63,683 nt of DNA, taken from a virus (lineage: Duplodnaviria; Caudoviricetes). Position numbers and translations under genes: made by a program. The stretch spans positions 1 to 63,683 of the IMG/VR virus record IMGVR_UViG_3300021420_000031. One strand, given 5' to 3'. Of this stretch, positions 36,736-46,553 are shown one piece after another. Numbering within the stretch: the stretch's first letter is position 1; every line of letters begins with the position of its first letter. The notes below the pieces were generated by a model, which worked only from the letters and a program-made list of their open reading frames with translations, did no database searches and was not told the origin of the DNA.

Positions 36736-37512
36736 ATGCGTCTCGCTGGACTAGTTTTCGGCCTATTGTTGGCGAGCCTTCCTGCGCTTGCCCAGGTCAC
36801 TAACGGCAGCGCGGCGGGATACAGCATTCCCGCCGCGAGTTGTTCGGGTGGGGTGTGCTCTTCGGCCTCAATATCCTGGCGGCAACCTACCTGCGCCAAT
36901 ACTGGCAGTGGAGCTAACGGCGGGATTTGGCCGGGCATTGGCGGTATCTCCCCAGACACGACACTGATCCAAATCGGCGTTCGGTGTGTTACGAGCCAGT
37001 TCGTCGCGACGACTTATGCTCCCTTTTATCAGCTGGTTCCGGCGGCAGCAGTAAACATATCTCAAACGGTGTCGCCGGGCGATATTATGATCGCCTCGGT
37101 GGTATGCCTGACAAGCTGCACGACACCGAATGTATCTCAGACATGGACACTCACGCTCCAAGATGTTACCCAAAATTGGACCTACACAAATACGCCGGTC
37201 ACATATACGTCGTCGCTCGCCACCGCCGATTATTTCGTGGAGGCTCCGACGATCCTTGGCATTCAGCCGATGGCGAATGTCGGGAGCGTGGCTTTCGTGT
37301 CCGCTAAGGTGAATGGTAGCCCGGCAACCTTCACAACCGGGGAGCAGTTCATCATGAACAACACCAACGGCCAGACGGTCAATCCCTCCGCTCCATCCGG
37401 GAGCGCATTCAATGCCTGTTGGGGCCAGCCAAGTGCAACCTACACTACCTGCACCGCTGCCGGTACTCTTGCAGTGGCTAAGGGGACGGGTGCATGGCTG
37501 GTGGGGCGCTAA
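36736..37512 (+). CDS. Signal-peptide G1-family glutamic peptidase (eqolisin-like)
   Basis: MRLAGLVFGLLLASLPALA-Q; WPGIGG, LIQIG, VSPGDIMIASV, ADYFVEAP, ANVGSVAF follow G1 motif order, with catalytic Q and E present. Confidence 0.8.
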   Translation: MRLAGLVFGLLLASLPALAQVTNGSAAGYSIPAASCSGGVCSSASISWRQPTCANTGSGANGGIWPGIGGISPDTTLIQIGVRCVTSQFVATTYAPFYQLVPAAAVNISQTVSPGDIMIASVVCLTSCTTPNVSQTWTLTLQDVTQNWTYTNTPVTYTSSLATADYFVEAPTILGIQPMANVGSVAFVSAKVNGSPATFTTGEQFIMNNTNGQTVNPSAPSGSAFNACWGQPSATYTTCTAAGTLAVAKGTGAWLVGR

Positions 37513-37516
37513 TAAT

Positions 37517-39661
37517 ATGATTGGTCGAAGATTAATACCGGCTGCACTACTGATATTGGCTCTGTGCGGCTTCCTTGGCTTCCACGGTGGTATTGGCACC
37601 ACAACCGGCGCCTGCGACACGATTACGGGAGGATGCCCAGCCGCACACAGCATGTCGCAAAAGCTTGTGTCGTCGTATTCCGGCAATGCCTTCGAGCTGA
37701 TCAACCCGACCCCGGCTTGGACCGGGACAGGCTCGATCTCCGGGACGACCCTAACCGTGGCCAGCACCGCGACAGGGACGATGGCCAACGGCCTCGCCCT
37801 CTCGGCCGCAGGATCGGGTGTGACCCCGGGAGTGGTTCCCGTTACCTACACCTCGGGATGCTCTGGCTCGACTTGCACCGTGAGCCAGTCACAGACCGCG
37901 GCATCGGTCACGAGCGCCTACTCGGTACTCGATGTTGGCTTCCTCGGCAGCGGCGCCTGGAACGAGAGTACCTGGCAATCCTTCTGCTATGGCGTTACCT
38001 GCCTAGTCGAGAAGATCTTCAACCAAGGTTCGGGTGGCACCGCCAACGATCTAATCGCGTCGCAGATCACTGGCGGCGCGGCCAACATGCTCAATTGCAC
38101 CGCGAGCATCGTGGTTTGCGCGCCGCTGTTCGTCATTGACACAGCGACCGACACGCCGATGGCAATCACGACAGCTTCAATTATGGGCCTGTTCGGCGAT
38201 GCTTATGTCGGCCACAGCTCTTCTGGCTTCCCGGCGGCCGGAGCGAATGCTTCGGTCATGTTCTCGGGGCTCAACATTTACGCCTCGAATTGCTGTGGTG
38301 GACTCTACGGCTTCACCGAGAACAATCCGGCGTCGATCATCGCTGGCGGCATGCTAGCGGTCGGGTTTGCCAACGGCACCGGCTCGGGAGGTGCGGTCAA
38401 CTGTCAAGCCGCTAACCTCATCTGCTTCTTAGCTGACACCGAGACCGGCGGCGATCCGATCGCGGGGCCGTGGCAGGTCTACGACAGCGCCGCCGAGCAG
38501 CGTGGTATTTGGGAAATAAACTATACGAGCGGCACCAACACCGCGTCTGGTTCCTATGCCGATACCCAGCTTTACAGCGTCTCGCCTCCTAATTCCACCG
38601 CATCGACCCGCCAGACATGGCTCCGCATAGGGGCTGGCGGCGACCGGTCTTGGCTCCCAGAGGCATTCAGCGACGGCTTGATTACAGCCGATGTGACCAC
38701 CACGCCGCACACGGCGGCCTATAACGCCATGTCCAGCTTCTACTCGGGGCGATCAGCGTCGGCTTGCCGAGGGCCGCTCGATTTTACTTGGTACATGCCG
38801 ACTTCGGGCGTCGGTGCGGCGGGAAGCGGACTCGCAACCTCACTGTTCACCATCGGCGACGGCATGGGCGCATGGGGCACTCGACCGCTCAGTGCTTGGT
38901 ACACGGGTCCGATCATAACCCTTCAAAACAGCGCTGGCTCCGGCAGCATCCAGACATTCTCGGCGGTCGGCTGCGATCTCGACCCGGCGGTGACATCGTT
39001 TTGCGCGAGCGGCTGCCTGGTCAATACGCTCTACAGCCAGGCATGGGACACCGCCGGCACGACGCACGGCAACGTCCGAAACACTGGCTACGACATGAGC
39101 GCATCAGGCTCGACCCGGCCGTCCCTGACCCTGGCGTCGCTCGGCGGCCAGCCGACGATCCATTTCAGCGGCGCACAGGAACTGTGCACGCCGACGCTCG
39201 GCACTGCGGGACAGGTGCGCGGCACCTATCCGGCGGAGCTTGCCGTGGTCGCCCGGCGCACCAGCGGCTCGGCGTTGAGCGCCGTGTGGTCGACTAGCTC
39301 GATCGACCCAGGCATCGGCTTCGACACCGCAAACAACGCTTTCTTCTGGTGGGGAATTCAGCAGGACGAGGCAGCGAACGACAATCTGTGGCATAGCCTG
39401 ATCATACACGCGATCGGAGCCACCGGCGGCACGGCTTATGTCGACGGCTCGGCGAACTCGGTATCGTTCACGACCGGCGCTGATCCATTCCCGGCCAATT
39501 ACTGCATCGGCGGCCGTCCCGGCGGCACCAGCGAGTTGACCGGCGATGTCGCTGAAGTCGTCTTGACCTATAACGCCCTCTTCAATGGCTCAGTGGCCAA
39601 CAACGCCGCCTCGATCCTATCGAATGATCAAACATTTTACGGCGTAACTTTCCCGCATTAA
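37517..39661 (+). CDS. Signal-peptide protein with GH54 arabinofuranosidase-B-like domain(s)
   Basis: GACD...AAHS...YSG, SFCYGVTCLVEKIFNQ...NDL, NCC, ADTETG, GAGGDRS; a second related module follows. Confidence 0.7.
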   Translation: MIGRRLIPAALLILALCGFLGFHGGIGTTTGACDTITGGCPAAHSMSQKLVSSYSGNAFELINPTPAWTGTGSISGTTLTVASTATGTMANGLALSAAGSGVTPGVVPVTYTSGCSGSTCTVSQSQTAASVTSAYSVLDVGFLGSGAWNESTWQSFCYGVTCLVEKIFNQGSGGTANDLIASQITGGAANMLNCTASIVVCAPLFVIDTATDTPMAITTASIMGLFGDAYVGHSSSGFPAAGANASVMFSGLNIYASNCCGGLYGFTENNPASIIAGGMLAVGFANGTGSGGAVNCQAANLICFLADTETGGDPIAGPWQVYDSAAEQRGIWEINYTSGTNTASGSYADTQLYSVSPPNSTASTRQTWLRIGAGGDRSWLPEAFSDGLITADVTTTPHTAAYNAMSSFYSGRSASACRGPLDFTWYMPTSGVGAAGSGLATSLFTIGDGMGAWGTRPLSAWYTGPIITLQNSAGSGSIQTFSAVGCDLDPAVTSFCASGCLVNTLYSQAWDTAGTTHGNVRNTGYDMSASGSTRPSLTLASLGGQPTIHFSGAQELCTPTLGTAGQVRGTYPAELAVVARRTSGSALSAVWSTSSIDPGIGFDTANNAFFWWGIQQDEAANDNLWHSLIIHAIGATGGTAYVDGSANSVSFTTGADPFPANYCIGGRPGGTSELTGDVAEVVLTYNALFNGSVANNAASILSNDQTFYGVTFPH

Positions 39662-39665
39662 GGCC

Positions 39666-42600
39666 ATGAGAAAGATCCTCGCGCTCGCCTTCACGCTGCT
39701 ACTGATCGGGATCATCCCGGCTGACGCGCTCCGCTTGCGCGGCGGCGGCGCACTGGTTTCTGGCGGCGGCCAAACAATCGCCAGCATCAGCCTGTCGAAC
39801 AGCAGCTTCACCGGCGGGTCGCCTTCCGGAACTGTAGTGGGTGCGATCAGCACCACGATGTCACCGGCTTCGCCCGCTTTCTCCGGCTCTTATTCGGTGA
39901 CGGGGACGAATGCGGCAAGTTTTCAGGTAGTCGGGAGTAACTTGGAGACCAACGGCGTCGTCGCGGCGGGCTCCTATTCGATCAACATTGTTGCTACCCA
40001 AGCGGGGATCTCCAACTCGCCATTCAGCAGCCCGAAGACGATCACCGGCAACGCCCAGACGATCGCTAGCGTCAACATCTCGAATACGACGTACACGCCG
40101 AACTCCGCGAATGCCGTGGTCGGCACGCTCACGGTCACGATGTCACCCTCGACCCCGGTATCGACAGCGGCACTGACTGTCACAGGCGCGAACTCGGGAG
40201 GCTTTCATCTCGTCGGGGCCGGCTGCGCAAACATCAGCACGGGGACCTGCACAGTCGAGACCAACTCGGGCGGCACGACGGGCTCGGGACCGTTCACCGA
40301 TGTTAATTTCGTCGCGACACAAGCGAGCGCATCGAACTCGCCGCAATCGATCTCGCCATCGCTCTCCGGCACGGGAGGAGCGGGAACCGTCGTCGATACG
40401 ATGACCTTCCCTAATATCGGTTCTGGGACGACGCCGGGCTCGGCAATTCCGAAACATGCGATGCTGAATGTGCCTCCTGGAGCTGTCCCAGCTGGCATGA
40501 TCGCGGTTCCAACAGTCGCGAGTTCCGCGATCCCCTATCAATACGATTGCGCCGCCGAGCCATCTACGACTGCTTTCACGGGGTCAATCGCGAGCGGCGT
40601 ACTAAGCGGCGCGACAGTGCCGCTGGTCATCGGCAGCACGGTCACCGGCGCTGGCGTCACCTCCGGGACCGTCATCAGCGCGATCGTTACCGCGGCCAGC
40701 AACACCTATACCGTGACACCATCGCAGACCGTCGCCAGCACGACCATCACCGCGACATTCGGCGGCTGCAATTTGTGGCCGGACGGCAGTTTGAAGAACG
40801 CCGCGATCTCGATGTTCCTGCCGACCCTGGCCTCTGCGGCAGCCGAGCAGGTAACCTGGACGACGACCTCCGGCAGTCTTGCCTCGGGCGGTCTCGGCGT
40901 GACCCCGACCACTGTCGCCGCCGCAAGCGACTATCGAGTTTACGCGACGAACGTCAACACGATATGGGTTAACAACATTCAGATGCCGACCGGTATCGCC
41001 CAGGTCGGGTGCGGGCCGACAGCGGGATCGCTTCCCTCGCCAGGCGGCTGCGTGATCCGCCTTCAGGCCGGCTCGGCCGGGACGCACTATGGCTATATCG
41101 GGAATAATTGTTCCACCAATCCGGCTGTAAATGGCATTCCACCCTGCATTACCGCGTCCGACAACACCGTGACCGTGGCCTCGACCACCGGGGCGCCTAC
41201 CGTGGTAACCTGCAATGTAACACCTTGCCCACTTGGCACGGTCTCAGGCGCGCTAGTCGTCGACACGACCACGCCGAGCAATATCCCAAACAACACCGTC
41301 ATTACTAGCTCGCCGGTCTTCAGCGGTGGTAATACATTCACACTGTCATCAAATGCAACCATCACTAATGGTGATACTCTCCGGCTTCTTTACCCGGTCA
41401 ATGGGTGCACCAACGCCGGCTTTTATTTTACGGCGTTGGATGGTACGACTTCGCTGCCAACCGGCGTCACCGTGCCATCTTATGGGACGGGTTCGGCCTG
41501 TGCGGTAACCGGCTCCGGTAACGAGAAGTTCTTCTTCAACGACTCTCTCAACCTCTATGGCTCAAATCAGCCGCCGACATGCGCGGCAGCGGGCGGATCG
41601 GCATCGTTTACCGGGTCTTACTCCTCCGGCACCCTGACCACGAGCGCGGTTACGGGTGCGCTCTCCAAGGGCCAAATCGTCTTCGACTCGGTTGGTGCCC
41701 ATGCGCTGGTGACGGCCGGTTCAGGATCGTCCTGGTCTGTCAATGCGGCTCTTACCAACGGCGCGATGACTGCCAGGGTGCCGGTCTGTATCTACGCCAA
41801 CGGCAATGGCAGCTCGACCTCTGGCATGTACGGGTTGCGGCTCTATGGACCGCTGGTCGATACTTCGACTGGCGCGCAAGACCCAAACTTCGAGAGGGTG
41901 TGGGGATATATAGAATATTGGGTAAACGGCAGCGCTCTAGTAACGACGCGCGCCATCGCGGGGATCGACAATTCGGTCTACTTGCCGTCAGGCACATCAA
42001 CCCAGGTGCAGTGGCCTTCAGAGACGATGGATCTGGACTTCACCAACGGCACGACGCCCGGTGGTGCGGGGGAGATTCGCGGTGCAGCGCAAGGCACCGG
42101 CATGTGGACCCACCTGACGACAGAAGCGCCAACGGTGTTCTATTCGGCAGATCCCGCACTTAGCGGCCCGATCGGGATCTCAGGGACCGCTGACTGGCTC
42201 GGCCCGACCTCGGGCACATTCAACCTCGCGAACAGCGAAGCTTGGAACTCGGTCCAGATGTCACGTACCGGGACAGACCTGACGTACTGGCACGGCAACC
42301 ACGCGCATCAGCCGTTGGCCCCCGCTGCTGGTGTAGCGCCGCTGGTTATAAACAGTTCAACAGTCGGCACTTACTATGGCCTCGCCACCTATCTCGGCTA
42401 CTACAAGCCCTATGACGCACCGTTCATGGATTCAAATTCCTCGACATCATGGAACAATGGTGGCGAGCATTTCTTCTTGTCGCCCGACAGCGCCCACGGC
42501 GCTTACCTCTATTACGCTTGGGCCGATGGCGCGAGCGACCTTGGAATGTCATGGCTACAACAACTCCGCATCTCGTCCCTGGAACTTCCGGGGCAAGCCG

Positions 42601-44411
42601 CAGGCATCCACGAAGACGTGACCGGCCACGCACTTAACCTCGATTATGTGTGGACTACCAAGCCGACAGCCCTTACCGATCCGGTGGAACTGTTCTCGCA
42701 TGTATTATGCAATAACGGGTTCGATCCGCAGACAACCATGTGCAACAACATCAACCAGAGCGGGCAGCGTAAGACGCAGACGCCGCCGAGCGGTACTGCG
42801 AATGACGCCTCGCACTGGCCGATCGGGAATGTCGGCTACATAACTTCTATTGAGGGTGAACGCTGGCAGGTCGATTTGCTGGCCCTAGAAGCTCAAGACG
42901 TTGAGCAGACTGAGTATGACGACTACAAGCGCGTCGCCAACCTTGCCGGAAGGAATTGGTATGGGCTGATGCAAGACTTCGTGGGCGAGAACCGCGTCAT
43001 GGGCTGGGCGCCCGCACAGGTCAGCGACGCGGTTCAGTACATGCCGGGTAGCGAGCCTGAAGCGCAATATCAGTTCCACACTATCGCCAATTGGTATGAC
43101 GCCCGCGCAGCTTGGTACACATATACGGGGACCTTCTCGTCCGGCGTCAATTATCCTTCGCCCACCGTATCAACTCTGACCGGGACCAAGCACTATGATT
43201 ACTCGGCTCAGGGAATAGGAACGCAGCCTTATGATTTGATCGATCAGCCGCAAGGCCAATCGAACATGAGCATCTCTGTGTTCGAGCAAGGCTACGAGGC
43301 TATGTCGATGGACAAGTCGGTGATGGAATTGGACCATTCCGTCCCGAGCGTCGATACCGTGGCGACCTATTTTATCGACAATATGATTGTAGCTAGCGAG
43401 GCCGAGAACTCTTGTATTTATAATTCGTTGTCGTACGCGCCCGGTGAGGGCGTCATGACTCCACAGTCGAATCAGCAGCAGACGCTCCCTGGCGCTAATG
43501 GCTTGAGCGCTGGTTGGGACGCGACCGATCTCAATAATCCCCAGGCGGGGAATATGTCCGTCCTCGGGGCTGCGACTCTGGAGCTTGAGGTTTATAACGG
43601 TTCGACGTTAGTCACGGCGGTTGCCGGCCCGGGCGGCGGTGATGGCCTGCCTGCCCAGAACCTCTCTGCGCAAATCACAACGACCGGGACTTCGCCGGCT
43701 GGGACAACGATTAACATCCCAGCCGGGAGCGCGGCTAATGCATTCCCCAAGGGGATCATCAACGATATAACCAACGGTACGGGACCGTTCTTCATTCAAT
43801 CGATTGCGTCGACGACGATCACCCTGATGTCGAGCACGCCGACGACGGGCATTGGGTCGGGAGATGTGCTCTATGTCTCGCGAGTGGACACCTACCCTGA
43901 TTACCCGATAAGTGCGGGTAATATCTATAAGTCTGGCAGTGTTGTGTTCTTTACCGCCGCCGATGGCCAGGAAGAGACCAACCAGGATATAGCGCCACAT
44001 GATTTCCCGGTGCCGACCACGCCACCCGGCGCCGTGCTTGAGGGCAAAGCCTATATCTGGTGCCAAGACCCATCGGGCGCTTGGGCCGGAACAATCAATC
44101 CATACGGCACAAATTGCGCCTCGCCAGCCCCGATCACCTTCGCCGGCAACAAGGCGTATAATGCGATGTGGATTGTCAATGACGTGTGTCCGGCTCGCTC
44201 GATAGGAACGTGGAATACCTATGGTGACTATCAGTCTCCGACATCGAGACTCGCTGAGTATTGGGCCACTATCGAGGGCCGGATCACAACGGTTGGGGCT
44301 AATACCGCTCGCACGGCGGCCGAGACCCAGATGTCACCGAGCATGACGCCGCTGAGCACGACATTCGGCGGCGGCAACAATCCGCGCTACAATTACGACA
44401 ATCACTACTGA
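39666..44411 (+). CDS. Very large signal-peptide protein with cadherin/Ig-like repeats and a possible polysaccharide-lyase-like region
   Basis: MRKILALAFTLLLIGIIPADA; two ISLSN...VVG repeats; WPDGSLK; C-terminal DASHWP and ENRVMGW. Confidence 0.75.
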   Translation: MRKILALAFTLLLIGIIPADALRLRGGGALVSGGGQTIASISLSNSSFTGGSPSGTVVGAISTTMSPASPAFSGSYSVTGTNAASFQVVGSNLETNGVVAAGSYSINIVATQAGISNSPFSSPKTITGNAQTIASVNISNTTYTPNSANAVVGTLTVTMSPSTPVSTAALTVTGANSGGFHLVGAGCANISTGTCTVETNSGGTTGSGPFTDVNFVATQASASNSPQSISPSLSGTGGAGTVVDTMTFPNIGSGTTPGSAIPKHAMLNVPPGAVPAGMIAVPTVASSAIPYQYDCAAEPSTTAFTGSIASGVLSGATVPLVIGSTVTGAGVTSGTVISAIVTAASNTYTVTPSQTVASTTITATFGGCNLWPDGSLKNAAISMFLPTLASAAAEQVTWTTTSGSLASGGLGVTPTTVAAASDYRVYATNVNTIWVNNIQMPTGIAQVGCGPTAGSLPSPGGCVIRLQAGSAGTHYGYIGNNCSTNPAVNGIPPCITASDNTVTVASTTGAPTVVTCNVTPCPLGTVSGALVVDTTTPSNIPNNTVITSSPVFSGGNTFTLSSNATITNGDTLRLLYPVNGCTNAGFYFTALDGTTSLPTGVTVPSYGTGSACAVTGSGNEKFFFNDSLNLYGSNQPPTCAAAGGSASFTGSYSSGTLTTSAVTGALSKGQIVFDSVGAHALVTAGSGSSWSVNAALTNGAMTARVPVCIYANGNGSSTSGMYGLRLYGPLVDTSTGAQDPNFERVWGYIEYWVNGSALVTTRAIAGIDNSVYLPSGTSTQVQWPSETMDLDFTNGTTPGGAGEIRGAAQGTGMWTHLTTEAPTVFYSADPALSGPIGISGTADWLGPTSGTFNLANSEAWNSVQMSRTGTDLTYWHGNHAHQPLAPAAGVAPLVINSSTVGTYYGLATYLGYYKPYDAPFMDSNSSTSWNNGGEHFFLSPDSAHGAYLYYAWADGASDLGMSWLQQLRISSLELPGQAAGIHEDVTGHALNLDYVWTTKPTALTDPVELFSHVLCNNGFDPQTTMCNNINQSGQRKTQTPPSGTANDASHWPIGNVGYITSIEGERWQVDLLALEAQDVEQTEYDDYKRVANLAGRNWYGLMQDFVGENRVMGWAPAQVSDAVQYMPGSEPEAQYQFHTIANWYDARAAWYTYTGTFSSGVNYPSPTVSTLTGTKHYDYSAQGIGTQPYDLIDQPQGQSNMSISVFEQGYEAMSMDKSVMELDHSVPSVDTVATYFIDNMIVASEAENSCIYNSLSYAPGEGVMTPQSNQQQTLPGANGLSAGWDATDLNNPQAGNMSVLGAATLELEVYNGSTLVTAVAGPGGGDGLPAQNLSAQITTTGTSPAGTTINIPAGSAANAFPKGIINDITNGTGPFFIQSIASTTITLMSSTPTTGIGSGDVLYVSRVDTYPDYPISAGNIYKSGSVVFFTAADGQEETNQDIAPHDFPVPTTPPGAVLEGKAYIWCQDPSGAWAGTINPYGTNCASPAPITFAGNKAYNAMWIVNDVCPARSIGTWNTYGDYQSPTSRLAEYWATIEGRITTVGANTARTAAETQMSPSMTPLSTTFGGGNNPRYNYDNHY

Positions 44412-44420
44412 GCTAACGCT

Positions 44421-44615
44421 ATGATCTACATATGGCTTATCATGGCGCTCGCGGTCGGGCCGAGCCACGGCCCGAATGCTCATCAGGAGTCAGGATTAGC
44501 CTATCCTGCCGGGGGGTATGAGTGGCGGGAGTTCTCATCGCCGGAGGAATGCAACCGCCATCGGCAGACCGATGCGCAGCAATGCGTGAAGGTCGCGGTC
44601 CGGTTGTCCCCCTGA
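44421..44615 (+). CDS. Small exported Cys-pair protein
   Basis: Hydrophobic N-terminus; FSSPEEC...QCV. Confidence 0.6.
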   Translation: MIYIWLIMALAVGPSHGPNAHQESGLAYPAGGYEWREFSSPEECNRHRQTDAQQCVKVAVRLSP

Positions 44616-44662
44616 TCTCGCAAGGGTTGCTATCGCGGCGTGTCTATCGTATGGGGGATGGT

Positions 44663-45310
44663 ATGAAAGTTGTCCCTGCACGTGCCGGTGCGGTCGGCTT
44701 CGACACGGATTCGCCGCTGACCGCATCGCTGTGCGAAAGCCTCATCGGCCAGGGATACGAATTCGCGATCCGGTATGTCAGCCATACCCAGCCGGAAGCC
44801 GGAGACCTGTCACCAGCCGAAGTCCAGGCGATCCTGGGTTCGGGGCTGGCGCTTATGGTTGTCGTGCATTCACCGGCTCCGGGTTGGGCACCACGCGGCG
44901 TCGCCGGGGCCGAGCACGCGACATGGGCAGTCAGCAACCTGGAAGGCGCCGGACTGCGCGCGGTCGGCGCGATGACGGTCTGGTGCGACCTCGAAGGCGT
45001 GCTGCCCGGCACGCCCGCCAGCGACATCATCGATTACGTCAACACCTGGACCGTGGGCATCAGGGCGGCAGGCTATCAGCCGGGCCTCTATGTAGGCTAT
45101 GACGCCTTCCTGACCGGCTCGCAGCTTTATGTAGATCTGTACCTGGCCCGGTATTGGAAGAGCGCCTCTGCCGTACCCACCCCGGCGCTGCGCGGGTTCT
45201 GCATGACACAGATGCTTGGTGCCGGGCCGATGGTCGCCGCGGTGCAAATCGACCGCGACGTGATCCAAGCCGATCGGCTCGGGGGGCTTCCGATGTGGCT
45301 GGTCGCGTGA
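44663..45310 (+). CDS. Endolysin, DUF1906 / GH25-like glycoside hydrolase
   Basis: GFDT, FAIRYVS, WCDLEG, GYQPGLY, IDRD; first gene of the lysis region. Confidence 0.8.
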   Translation: MKVVPARAGAVGFDTDSPLTASLCESLIGQGYEFAIRYVSHTQPEAGDLSPAEVQAILGSGLALMVVVHSPAPGWAPRGVAGAEHATWAVSNLEGAGLRAVGAMTVWCDLEGVLPGTPASDIIDYVNTWTVGIRAAGYQPGLYVGYDAFLTGSQLYVDLYLARYWKSASAVPTPALRGFCMTQMLGAGPMVAAVQIDRDVIQADRLGGLPMWLVA

Positions 45311-45675
45311 GCGGCAAGTCCTGCCCGTGCGGGTACAAGCCGCGCAGCATCGAGGATCTCGGGAAACATCTCCGATGCGCCCATTCGATCAACAGGAAAC
45401 TCGCCCTGCTCATCGCACGGCAGGGATGTGACTGCTATTGGTGCCGGCTTCCGCTTTGGGTCTTCGCTACCAGATACAGTTCCCATCCGCTCCGGCCGAC
45501 GATAGAGCACCTGATCCCGAAATCGGCGGGTGGCGGCGGCGCTGATGAGGGGAATCTTCGGGCGGCGCACGCAATCTGCAACCATCTGAGGGGCAGCATG
45601 TCAGAGGCGGAATGGCGGGAGATTATCGCCGTAGCGATGGCTTCACTACCCGAGCAAGGCCGGCTTACCGCATGA
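45307..45675 (+). CDS. HNH endonuclease
   Basis: CYWC...TIEHLIPKSAGG...NLRAAHAICNHLRG; GTGA-coupled start. Confidence 0.85.
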   Translation: MSGKSCPCGYKPRSIEDLGKHLRCAHSINRKLALLIARQGCDCYWCRLPLWVFATRYSSHPLRPTIEHLIPKSAGGGGADEGNLRAAHAICNHLRGSMSEAEWREIIAVAMASLPEQGRLTA

Positions 45676-45872
45676 GCCAGCTCGACTTGTTCGCGCCGCC
45701 GCAGTATATATGTCGCGGGTGGAAGCCGGACCCGATGTCGGCCGACGCCTATCAAGCCGAATGGGAACTGTTGAACCAGGGAACCACGGCACGCTCGGTA
45801 AGAGCGCCTCTGTTCCGTGGCACGATCGACCCCTGGCTGGGGTGGATAACCTGGATGGCAGCTAGACCATGA
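45672..45872 (+). CDS. Hypothetical protein
   Basis: MSQLDLF start, coupled. Confidence 0.55.
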   Translation: MSQLDLFAPPQYICRGWKPDPMSADAYQAEWELLNQGTTARSVRAPLFRGTIDPWLGWITWMAARP

Positions 45873-45939
45873 CGTGGCTCTATCTAATCCCTGCCGCTGA
45901 GGCAGCATTGTGGCTATGGGCCGTCCTCGGCAGGCCAGT

Positions 45940-46308
45940 ATGAGCCAAGTCGCTCGCGCACCGCTGGTGCTCGGCTTTGTAGTGCTGCTCTCCATCGCCG
46001 GATGCGTCAACAAGGCTCAGTTCGTCGCCGCGGACGCCGAGACCGCTGAGAGCGTGGCGCTCGCCGCGGGGCTGCCCACAGACGCGAATTGCTGGAGCGC
46101 CTATGCGGCCATCGCCGGGGTCTTAGGGCCACCAGCGCCCGCCCCTGCGCCGGTGGTAGGCATTCTGACGGTGGTCGAGACCAAGCGCGCGATCCAAGCG
46201 ACGATGGGCAGCCCGGCTTGCTTGCCGATAACTACGAGTTTGTTGGGAGAAGTGTTAAAATTTTCCTCCCCTCAAGGGGCCGGCTTAGCCACGCTGTTGG
46301 GGTTCTGA
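45940..46308 (+). CDS. Lipoprotein (lysis region)
   Basis: LVLGFVVLLSIAG-C lipobox. Confidence 0.75.
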   Translation: MSQVARAPLVLGFVVLLSIAGCVNKAQFVAADAETAESVALAAGLPTDANCWSAYAAIAGVLGPPAPAPAPVVGILTVVETKRAIQATMGSPACLPITTSLLGEVLKFSSPQGAGLATLLGF

Positions 46309-46553
46309 TGATAGACGAGCGGCACGAGTTCCCGACCGTCTCCGGCCATCCGACGCCGGATAGGTGCCTGCACTGTGGCGCGAAGCGGGGCACTGAGCAG
46401 ACCTGCGTGACGCGGCATTTGCCCCCGCCTCACCGTGGCATCCCGACATCGATGTTTGCGGGGCCGCAGGACAGCATCGGGGTTCGTGCCCGAGAGATCG
46501 CCGCACAAGAAGAGAGGCCGTCATGGCTACCGACGCCGAAGCCGGAAGCGTAA
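46308..46553 (+). CDS. Hypothetical protein
   Basis: TGATG coupling; CLHCG. Confidence 0.55.
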   Translation: MIDERHEFPTVSGHPTPDRCLHCGAKRGTEQTCVTRHLPPPHRGIPTSMFAGPQDSIGVRAREIAAQEERPSWLPTPKPEA

